From the IMG/VR virus record IMGVR_UViG_3300033076_001086, positions 1 through 45,756 of that record: a stretch of DNA of 45,756 nt; one strand, given 5' to 3'. The notes below the pieces were generated by a model that worked only from the letters and a program-made list of their open reading frames with translations, was not told where the DNA came from and ran no database searches. A program made the position numbers and the translations under genes. Below are positions 1 to 6,721 of this stretch, piece after piece (position 1 is the first letter of the stretch; every line of letters starts with the position of its first letter). This DNA comes from a virus (lineage: Duplodnaviria; Caudoviricetes).

Positions 1-287
1 AAAAAGGCCCCACCGCCTGGGTGCGCAAGAGCATCGAGGAATGGCAAAAGGGTAAACGCGTCGTGCTCGTCTACCCGGTGGACAAGTGGATCCTGATGCT
101 GCTCAAGGCCATCGTCGGAGATGCCGGAGAGATCAGGAACCTGGGCGACGTGAAGTGGCTGGCGACCGAAGATGGCTCCATCGGCAAGGGCACTGGGCGT
201 CACATCGCCTGCTTCATTCTCGAACCCAAAGCCGGCCCAAGCGCAGCCCGCGCCCGGGGTGAGGGAGATACGACAGGCGGCAGTTGA
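1..287 (+). CDS. C-terminal part of phage DNA N6-adenine methyltransferase; continues from 45510-45756 across the window ends
   Basis: The last base of the window plus bases 1-2 form an AAA codon that puts 45510-45756 in frame with ORF 21..287, reading ...[44 protein letters not shown] followed by W..K...E..KG..VV is typical of phage Dam-like MTases. Confidence 0.8.
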   Translation, partial: KGPTAWVRKSIEEWQKGKRVVLVYPVDKWILMLLKAIVGDAGEIRNLGDVKWLATEDGSIGKGTGRHIACFILEPKAGPSAARARGEGDTTGGS

Positions 288-312
288 CTTGGGTAATACC
301 CACGGTCATACT
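284..312 (+). promoter_or_regulatory. Sigma70-type early promoter, family A copy 1
   Basis: TTGACT-17bp-CATACT. The spacer holds TGGGT-AAT-ACCCA; heptamers at 293 and 305. Bases 283-312 are identical to 5626-5655. Confidence 0.8.
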
Positions 313-344
313 CGACCACACCGTAACACACCGGAGCTACTGAG

Positions 345-632
345 ATGAGAACCTACCACCCGATTACCGGTCGCGCTGTTGTGAGGCGGCCAGCGACCGA
401 GAACGTGCAGACCGCAACGCTGCAGATCGTCCGTGAGCGCCTGGACACCGCCGCGCAGGCGCTGGAACAGGTGCGCCGCATGGACGAAGCGGTCCTCATT
501 GAACGGGCCCGGTGGCTCAACTGGCGTGCGTGGCTTGAGTGCACCGCCGACCTGTCGCGTCCTTTCACCCCCTACCACGCGTCCAGCCGTGTGCAACGGG
601 GCCTCAAATTTTCACGGGAGTACCGTTCGTGA
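345..632 (+). CDS. Hypothetical early protein (95 aa)
   Basis: ORF directly behind a promoter with GGAG upstream; stop overlaps the next GTG start. Confidence 0.65.
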   Translation: MRTYHPITGRAVVRRPATENVQTATLQIVRERLDTAAQALEQVRRMDEAVLIERARWLNWRAWLECTADLSRPFTPYHASSRVQRGLKFSREYRS

Positions 633-1153
633 TCATCAATATCCTTTTGCGCCCCAACCTCGACGGTGCGACCGTGGCCGACGTATTTCGGGACGCTGGA
701 ATTTCCCTACGTTGGTGCACCACCTTGACCCGAACAGGTGCTAACTGCGTGTTCTATGCGGAGGTGCGGTACTCCCTTGCCCCCGTAGAGCCGTACCTTC
801 AGCGCGTGGCGGACAAGCTTGGACTTCGCGTTTTTTACCGCCAAACTGAGGAGGCCCCGACTCAGGGCCGGTGCGTAAATCCTTCCGGGTCCGAGTTTGC
901 TGTCGGAGGGAGGTACGTTGTCGAGAACATCCCTTCGAGCCTGCCGCATGACGCCGCGGTTTGCAGCAAAACGCCCCAAGTTCTCGGCCGCATCCACAAG
1001 CGTCATACCGAACCGGACGATGGCGCCACGTTCGCGTGGCTTCAAGAGATGCGGGATCGCAGCCGCCGAGCGCCGGAAACTGCCGGGACCGCGCCTATCA
1101 CCAATGCCGAACTGCGCCGGCTGTTGCGCTTGGTCATCACGGGGGCCGAATGA
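629..1153 (+). CDS. Hypothetical protein (start revised to GTG 629)
   Basis: Frame of ORF 539..1153; GTGA overlap upstream and ATGA overlap downstream. Confidence 0.6.
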   Translation: MIINILLRPNLDGATVADVFRDAGISLRWCTTLTRTGANCVFYAEVRYSLAPVEPYLQRVADKLGLRVFYRQTEEAPTQGRCVNPSGSEFAVGGRYVVENIPSSLPHDAAVCSKTPQVLGRIHKRHTEPDDGATFAWLQEMRDRSRRAPETAGTAPITNAELRRLLRLVITGAE

Positions 1154-1452
1154 TCCGCCTGTTCCTGACCATCGATCACCACTACGCGCACAAGACGATT
1201 GCCCGATGCGGGCTCAAAGATCCTTGGGTGCTGGTGCGTCTCGGAACGCCACGGTACGACACCTCCAGCACCTACCGCGTTGGGGCTCCGCTCACCGGCT
1301 ATTTTGGCTGCGTGCGCTCCGTGGCGTTCCTCCTGCAGCGCCCGGTGCTGGTCCAAGTGGGCGGCGAACGGTACGGCCATCTGGTGATGCCCTTGCGCAC
1401 CCACCCCGCCGACATGGCCAAGCTCGAAATGTGGCGACCCGACGGATGGTAG
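1150..1452 (+). CDS. Hypothetical protein (MIRLFLTIDHHY...)
   Basis: Frame of ORF 961..1452; ATGA coupling at 1150. Confidence 0.6.
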   Translation: MIRLFLTIDHHYAHKTIARCGLKDPWVLVRLGTPRYDTSSTYRVGAPLTGYFGCVRSVAFLLQRPVLVQVGGERYGHLVMPLRTHPADMAKLEMWRPDGW

Positions 1453-1500
1453 TTGACGGGTCATACCGGCGCGCGTAGTATTACCTCATCGCAACACGAA
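1453..1500 (+). promoter_or_regulatory. Sigma70-type early promoter, family B copy 1
   Basis: TTGACG-17bp-TAGTAT; 43/48 identical to 19378-19425; heptamers at 1460 and 1478. Confidence 0.8.
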
Positions 1501-1512
1501 CCGGAGCCCGAC

Positions 1513-1734
1513 ATGACCACCATCCTCAGCACCCCTCTTTACGAATTGCTGATGATTGCCCCCGCGGGTGCTGTGCGCCCTGTGCAGCAGGCAATGCGCC
1601 ACGTAGCGGCCGGCGAATGGAAAGAAGCCGCCAAGCAAATGAACGTTGCTGCCGAAGTCAGCGAAACCGAAGACGCTTGGTATCTGGCAGCGGGCAAGGC
1701 CGCCGACGAACTGCACCGCCACTACTACAAATGA
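1513..1734 (+). CDS. Hypothetical early protein (MTTILSTPLYELL...)
   Basis: GGAG RBS before ATG 1513, directly after the promoter. Confidence 0.7.
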   Translation: MTTILSTPLYELLMIAPAGAVRPVQQAMRHVAAGEWKEAAKQMNVAAEVSETEDAWYLAAGKAADELHRHYYK

Positions 1735-1784
1735 GATACCCGCAGTATTACCCCATCGCAACCAACCAACAAGGAGCCCACACC

Positions 1785-1988
1785 ATGAACCAGCTTTCCT
1801 ACCGCGACAACCCGCACCCCTGGCTGCGCACGCCCCGCACGAGCACCTCCCGCCCGGACTACGCCAGCCCTCTGACCTGCTACCGCAGCCACGCAAACCG
1901 CGCCACACGTCTCGCGAGGGTCTTGGCCTTCGTGTTGATCTGTGGCGCGCTTGGCATGCTGGCGGCCTGCGCGGGGGTCGCATCGTGA
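1785..1988 (+). CDS. Small protein with C-terminal transmembrane segment
   Basis: AAGGAG RBS before ATG 1785; hydrophobic VLAFVLICGALGMLAACAGVA. Confidence 0.65.
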   Translation: MNQLSYRDNPHPWLRTPRTSTSRPDYASPLTCYRSHANRATRLARVLAFVLICGALGMLAACAGVAS

Positions 1989-2113
1989 ACCAAGACGACG
2001 ACACGGAGCGCGACTTGGACGCCGAAATGTGGGCGTTCCTCAACAGAGTGGGGGTGTTCCTGGCGGCCCTCTTCCTGTTTGGCGTCGTTGTTCTCGTTGG
2101 GGGCATGACGTGA
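1985..2113 (+). CDS. 42-aa membrane micropeptide
   Basis: GTGA overlap; acidic N-terminus then VGVFLAALFLFGVVVLVGG. Confidence 0.55.
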   Translation: MNQDDDTERDLDAEMWAFLNRVGVFLAALFLFGVVVLVGGMT

Positions 2114-2199
2114 ACAGCTTTCTGGCCGCACTCGCCGTGTGGGTGCTCGCCTGCGTGGTGTGGGGCGGCTTCTACCTCCTGATCGTCATTTTCTCGTGA
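2110..2199 (+). CDS. 29-aa membrane micropeptide
   Basis: GTGA overlap; MNSFLAALAVWVLACVVWGGFYLLIVIFS. Confidence 0.5.
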   Translation: MNSFLAALAVWVLACVVWGGFYLLIVIFS

Positions 2200-2288
2200 C
2201 GCTCTTTCGGGCCGCACTCTACGCGGCGGGGGTCGCTTGGATGTTTTGGGAGGGGGTGGTGCCGCTGCTGCGGTGGGCGCTACAATGA
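2196..2288 (+). CDS. 30-aa hydrophobic micropeptide (not in ORF track)
   Basis: GTGA overlap; hand translation MTLFRAALYAAGVAWMFWEGVVPLLRWALQ. Confidence 0.4.
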   Translation: MTLFRAALYAAGVAWMFWEGVVPLLRWALQ

Positions 2289-2321
2289 CCGGCATCTCTA
2301 CCTACCCCCCGAGGTGCCCCC

Positions 2322-2726
2322 ATGACCATCCAGCTCAGTGACCCGGTGCGCAACGCCCGGCTCGACTCGATCGAGACCACGATCGGCGCTACCGCCAAAC
2401 TCCAGTTCCGTTCCGGCGCCCAGCCCGCCAACTGCGCGGCGGCCGACACCGGCACCCTCCTGGCGGAATTGACGCTGCCGAGTGACTGGATGAACGCAGC
2501 TTCCGGTGGCGTCAAAACGCTGCTGGGAACCTGGGCGGGGGCTGGCGTGGCAGCGGGCAACGCGGGGCACTTCCGCCTCAAGAACAACGCCGGCACGGTC
2601 TGCGGCATGCAAGGCTCGGTCACGGCAACCGGTGGCGGCGGGGACATGACGTTGGACAACATCGCCATCGCCGCAGCCCAAGCCGTCACCATCACGGGCT
2701 TCACGCTGACCGACGCCAACGCATAA
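2322..2726 (+). CDS. Putative virion fibre-associated protein (134 aa)
   Basis: GAGGTG RBS; Gly/Ala/Thr-rich beta-type sequence (RNARLD...GTLLAELTL...GGGGDMTLDN...ITGFTLT) of a kind often seen next to phage fibre genes. Confidence 0.65.
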   Translation: MTIQLSDPVRNARLDSIETTIGATAKLQFRSGAQPANCAAADTGTLLAELTLPSDWMNAASGGVKTLLGTWAGAGVAAGNAGHFRLKNNAGTVCGMQGSVTATGGGGDMTLDNIAIAAAQAVTITGFTLTDANA

Positions 2727-2736
2727 GGGGCACCCC

Positions 2737-2976
2737 ATGGACATCCAAACCAAACTCGCTTACGCCAAGCGGCACATTGACAGCATCGCCGAGCACTTTG
2801 ACGCACCCGAGGCAGAACTGAAAGCCGCCCTGGGCGAACTCGAAGCCTACGCCAAGACCAAGCTCAAAGGCAGTGCGGCCGATCGCGCCCGGTATGAGGC
2901 GGACCGCAAGGCCCAAGCCGAGGCCCTGGCCGCAGACCGTGCCCGCGTGCAGGCAGAAGCCGACACCGAAAAATAA
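2737..2976 (+). CDS. Small helical/coiled-coil protein (79 aa)
   Basis: Tightly packed in the operon; Ala/Glu/Lys-rich. Confidence 0.65.
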   Translation: MDIQTKLAYAKRHIDSIAEHFDAPEAELKAALGELEAYAKTKLKGSAADRARYEADRKAQAEALAADRARVQAEADTEK

Positions 2977-2985
2977 GGGCCCGCC

Positions 2986-5274
2986 ATGGCCCTGTCTTAT
3001 GTAGGCTCGGCCGTTGGCACGACCTCGGCCACGCTGCCGAGTTTTCTTCCGGGCGACATCGCCCTGACCTTCGCTTTCCGCGACGGGGTGGCCACGGCTC
3101 CCTCGCTGCCGGCCGGGTGGGACGATGTCATCAGCGGAGCGGCCAATACCTGCGCTCAGCGCGTAGGCACCCGCCAGCTTCAGACCGGTGACACCAGCAC
3201 CGGCACGTGGACCAACGCAACGTCGGTCATCGTCCACATCCTGCGACCCACCGGCGGCCACGCCATCGTGGGCGCGTCGTCTCAGAACGGCGGCACGGCA
3301 ACCTCCGTCACCTACCCGGCCTTGACGCTACAGGACGCCAGCGGCTCAAGCTGGGTTGTTCGCATGGCCGGGCATCGCTCGGTCAACACAAACCTGCAGA
3401 ACCCCCCGAGCGGCTACACCTTCCGCAACGGGCAAGTGACCGCAACGGATGAGCTCGCCACGTTCGACTCGGCCGCAGGGCTGTCCGCCAATCCAACCGC
3501 TGACGCCGTGGCCGTGGGTGGTACGGCGAGCGGCTGGCGCACGGTGTCGATTGAGGTGCGCTTTGAACCTGCGCGCATACCCCCTACCTACCGCAGCAGC
3601 ACCAGCAACGGGGATAGCTCCTTTACGAACAACCAGATCACCGCAGATGTGCCGGGCGGTGCTGGCGTGGCCATCGGCAGCTATGAGGAGATCAAGGTAG
3701 CCGCGGCTTGGTTGGCTGGTTCTGGTGCAGCACCCATCATCAACACGCCGGCCGGCTGGAACCTGCCCGACAACGGTACGGGGCTCTCGGTTCCGAGCGC
3801 GGGCGGGCTGGTCAACACGCGGACAACGGTGTTCTGGCGGATGTCGCCCGACACCGGGTCGCCCGCCACCCTGGCCATTTCGACCGGCGCCAATGGGGTG
3901 TTCGTGTACGAGCGCTCCGCCTACGATGGCGTAGACCCGACCAACCCAGTCCGGCAGGTCATCCAAAGCAGCGCGGGGTCTGGCAACTCCATTGTGTTCC
4001 CGAGCTTCAATGCCGTTGTGGACTCGATGCTGCAGGCCTTTGTGTCCCTGGGCGCCGCGCAGACGACCACGCCGCCGGCATCCATGACCGCCCGCCAGAA
4101 CAACGCGGCCTACGGGGTGACGGCGGCGGATGAGGTTCTGACGACAACCGGCCTCACCGGCCCGCGCACGTTCACCTTTGCGACCACTTCCGAGGCGGTG
4201 GGCGCAATCACCGAGATTCGAGGTGTGTTGGCGCCCACGGGTGTTACCGGCACGTTGAACGCCGCACTGGGCGCCCTAACCGTGGCCGGCGCTGGCACAG
4301 TGGAGGTTTCGGGCACGTTGTCGCGCACCCTGGGCGCTCTGACTTTGTCGGCCGCCGGGGCGGTTCCGGTCTCCGGTTCTTTGACGGCCACCCTGGGCGG
4401 CCTGGGACTGGCCGCTACCGGCGTGGTTGGCTCCCCCGCGATCACCGGCACGCTCAGCGCCACACTGGGCGCTTTGACCCTGGCCAGCGCCGGCACGGCG
4501 CAAGTGGCCGGGGCTTTGACCCAAACCCTCGGGGCCCTCGGGCTTGCCGCTACGGGGGCCGTGGGCGTCTCCGGGAGCCTCGCGGCTACCTTGGGGCCTC
4601 TGACCCTCGTTGCGGCGGCCACAGCCCGCGTGACGGGCTCCCTGACGGCAACGCTGGGCCCGCTGACCCTCACGGCGGCCGGCACGCTGCCGGTCATCGG
4701 CACGCTCAACGCCACCCTGGGCAGTTTGGGCCTCGTGGCATCCGGAGTCGTGGGGTCGTCCCCGGTCATCGGCACGCTCAACGCCACCCTGGGGGCCCTC
4801 ACTGCCTCCGGCGCTGGCACAGTGCGGGTAGCCGGCGCCCTGGCGGCCACGCTCGGTCCGCTCGGGGTGTCGACGGCGGGAACGGTTCGGGTGTCCGGCA
4901 CGCTGGCGCGCACCTTGGGGCCGCTGGGGCTGGCCGCTACGGGAGCCGTGGCGGTACGCGGGGTGCTTTCCGCTACCCTCGGCCCCCTCACCCTCGTTGC
5001 GGCGGCCACAGCCCGCGTGACGGGCTCCCTGACGGCAACGTTGGGCCCGCTGACCCTGGACGCCACGGGCACCAACCAGCCCGGAATCGTCGGTAGCCTG
5101 GACGTGCTCTTGGGGGCGCTCACGTTGGTGGCCACGGGGGTAACATCGCAGACCAAGCCCTCCAAGGCCCGCACGATCCGCGTGGCCGCCGAGGACCGAA
5201 CGACACGCGTAGCCGCGCAGATCCGCCGGGTGCGCGTGGCCCGTGAGACCCGAACTGTCAAGGTGACACTATGA
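2986..5274 (+). CDS. Long fibre-like virion protein with about 21-aa repeats (762 aa)
   Basis: Two N-terminal beta-rich domains each containing PAGW, then about a dozen repeats of G(T/S)LxATLG(A/P)L(T/G)LxAxGxVxV, then a basic C-terminal tail (RTIRVAAEDRTTRV...). Confidence 0.7.
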   Translation: MALSYVGSAVGTTSATLPSFLPGDIALTFAFRDGVATAPSLPAGWDDVISGAANTCAQRVGTRQLQTGDTSTGTWTNATSVIVHILRPTGGHAIVGASSQNGGTATSVTYPALTLQDASGSSWVVRMAGHRSVNTNLQNPPSGYTFRNGQVTATDELATFDSAAGLSANPTADAVAVGGTASGWRTVSIEVRFEPARIPPTYRSSTSNGDSSFTNNQITADVPGGAGVAIGSYEEIKVAAAWLAGSGAAPIINTPAGWNLPDNGTGLSVPSAGGLVNTRTTVFWRMSPDTGSPATLAISTGANGVFVYERSAYDGVDPTNPVRQVIQSSAGSGNSIVFPSFNAVVDSMLQAFVSLGAAQTTTPPASMTARQNNAAYGVTAADEVLTTTGLTGPRTFTFATTSEAVGAITEIRGVLAPTGVTGTLNAALGALTVAGAGTVEVSGTLSRTLGALTLSAAGAVPVSGSLTATLGGLGLAATGVVGSPAITGTLSATLGALTLASAGTAQVAGALTQTLGALGLAATGAVGVSGSLAATLGPLTLVAAATARVTGSLTATLGPLTLTAAGTLPVIGTLNATLGSLGLVASGVVGSSPVIGTLNATLGALTASGAGTVRVAGALAATLGPLGVSTAGTVRVSGTLARTLGPLGLAATGAVAVRGVLSATLGPLTLVAAATARVTGSLTATLGPLTLDATGTNQPGIVGSLDVLLGALTLVATGVTSQTKPSKARTIRVAAEDRTTRVAAQIRRVRVARETRTVKVTL
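4603..5057 (+). repeat. 68-bp direct repeat inside the fibre gene (4603-4670 and 4990-5057, one mismatch)
   Basis: Direct comparison: ACCCTCGTTGCGGCGGCCACAGCCCGCGTGACGGGCTCCCTGACGGCAACG(C/T)TGGGCCCGCTGACCCT. A second repeat of about 32 bp lies near 4690 and 4762. Confidence 0.9.
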
Positions 5275-5612
5275 CCCCCTGCTCGCCCGCTTCCGACTCC
5301 CTGCCCACCACTCGACGCACCACCACGGATCGGCTGGATTACCCTTTTGACTGGACGGACTGGCTGGCTTCCTCCGGGATGACGGCGGCCAACATCACGG
5401 CCTTCGACTTTGCGGTCGTGGGAGACCCGCTGCTCACCGTGGCCGCGCAAACTCGGGACGGGGCCTTGGCGGTACCGTGGCTGGAGGGCGGCACGGATGG
5501 GGTCACTTCGGAGCTGCGCAGCACAATCAGCGGCATGAACGGCCCCCAGGCGTTCAACGTCACCCGCTCTCGCTTGATCGAGGTCCGGTTGTCCGTCGGG
5601 GCTCGCTCCTGA
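5271..5612 (+). CDS. Putative fibre adaptor protein
   Basis: ATGA-coupled to the fibre gene; LDYPFDWTDWL and WLEGGTDG motifs resemble a small phage fibre-adaptor family (recalled, not searched). Confidence 0.6.
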   Translation: MTPCSPASDSLPTTRRTTTDRLDYPFDWTDWLASSGMTAANITAFDFAVVGDPLLTVAAQTRDGALAVPWLEGGTDGVTSELRSTISGMNGPQAFNVTRSRLIEVRLSVGARS

Positions 5613-5626
5613 CCGACGAACGGCGG

Positions 5627-5655
5627 TTGACTTGGGTAATACCCACGGTCATACT
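5627..5655 (+). promoter_or_regulatory. Sigma70-type early promoter, family A copy 2
   Basis: TTGACT-17bp-CATACT, identical to 284-312. Confidence 0.8.
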
Positions 5656-5685
5656 TGGCGCCATCAACCACATGGAGCTTAGGAC

Positions 5686-5907
5686 ATGGCTGTTTCACTC
5701 AAAGGTACTCCCTGGGAACTACCCGCCCTGCGCGTCCCAAAACGTTGGCCCGCGGCACCCAAACCCCACCTTTGCCGCCAACCCTTTGGCGCGTTTCTGC
5801 CCCCCGTGTGGGTCTGCACTTCCCCCAACGGGGAGAGTGACCTATTTGTCGGGGTTGCGTTTACCGCGGGGGAGGCGTTCCAGCTGTGGAAGGGGCAGCA
5901 GCCATGA
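5686..5907 (+). CDS. Hypothetical early protein (73 aa)
   Basis: Follows the promoter; GGAG/AGGA RBS; ATGA-coupled to the next gene. Confidence 0.6.
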   Translation: MAVSLKGTPWELPALRVPKRWPAAPKPHLCRQPFGAFLPPVWVCTSPNGESDLFVGVAFTAGEAFQLWKGQQP

Positions 5908-6125
5908 CCACCGGAAGCGCCCTCGACTCCACGACAGTGCGCCTTGTCCGCAAAGGCCTTCAAGTCTCCAAGATCGAGCGAGGCAAGCCCACCAAGTACG
6001 GCACGGTTTCCAAGGCCAACGGCGAACGCTGTTGGGTGCTGTGGCTCGGCGCTCGTGGGTCGTCCTACGAATGGTGCAAGAACTTAACCGTGCTGGAGAA
6101 ACACGAATGCCCTCCTACCCCATAG
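5904..6125 (+). CDS. Hypothetical protein (MTTGSALDSTT...)
   Basis: ATGA overlap at 5904; frame of ORF 5886..6125. Confidence 0.6.
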   Translation: MTTGSALDSTTVRLVRKGLQVSKIERGKPTKYGTVSKANGERCWVLWLGARGSSYEWCKNLTVLEKHECPPTP

Positions 6126-6316
6126 CTGCGCACGACGCGGGCGGTCTCATTCTCCGAGGCTGGCCGCGCTCGGGGTTCTGGTACTTCGGCATCCGAGAGG
6201 ACGGCCAGACCGGAGCGCTTGCGCAGTGGGACGGGTGGAAATTTGCGAACAGCGAGAGTGACGACGTGGACATGACGATCTACCACCACTTGCAAGAACA
6301 GCCGCCGCGCGGCTAG
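6107..6316 (+). CDS. Hypothetical protein (MPSYPIAAHDAGG...)
   Basis: GGAGA RBS before ATG 6107; 3' part of ORF 5477..6316. Confidence 0.55.
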   Translation: MPSYPIAAHDAGGLILRGWPRSGFWYFGIREDGQTGALAQWDGWKFANSESDDVDMTIYHHLQEQPPRG

Positions 6317-6325
6317 AATGGTCCC

Positions 6326-6411
6326 ACCTTGGGGTCCAACGGCCCAGGGCTTTCGTGGTTGTCTCCTTGTTCATTCGCCCCCGCGCTGACCCCCAGCTCG
6401 GGGGCATTTTT
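6326..6411 (+). ncRNA. Candidate small RNA with anti-Shine-Dalgarno tract
   Basis: Own promoter TTGCAA(6290)-18bp-TAGAAT(6314); 5' hairpin 6327-6349; unpaired GTGGTTGTCTCCTTGTT; terminator 6377-6411; lies between convergent genes. Confidence 0.6.
6377..6411 (+). terminator. Intrinsic terminator
   Basis: GCCCCCGCGCTG-ACCCC-CAGCTCGGGGGC followed by ATTTTT. Confidence 0.75.
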
Positions 6412-6721
6412 ACGCCCTCATCACGTCGTCAATCAGCCGCAGGGCTGCGCGGCTAGCTTCCGCGCCGCCCACGTCACCGCGTTTCACCTGACGGGCCAAC
6501 CGGGCAGCAAAGGCCTCGCGGATGCGATCCGCATCGGAGACCACCTGGACGGGGTCGTCCGTGTACGGGGTAGCTTTCAGGTTGAGATCAGAAGATTCTC
6601 GTTCGCTTGTTTCCAGGCTGGTGAACAGGTTTTCGCACCATACGCACGAGCCGCCGAAGCGGCGCTCAAGTGCAGTGAGCGCGCGACCGCAACCCTTGCA
6701 ATTTACTTTACCCATAGTCAT
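6410..6721 (-). CDS. Zn-finger hypothetical protein (103 aa)
   Basis: CKGC...CVWC; ATGA-coupled to the primase gene. Confidence 0.65.
   Translation of the reverse strand: MTMGKVNCKGCGRALTALERRFGGSCVWCENLFTSLETSERESSDLNLKATPYTDDPVQVVSDADRIREAFAARLARQVKRGDVGGAEASRAALRLIDDVMRA

Noticed and set aside
4110-5450. Long antisense ORFs (also 31272-32630, 21117-22391, 33134-34276, 35962-37134)
   Set aside because: Shadow frames of real genes in GC-rich DNA, without recognisable motifs or operon context.
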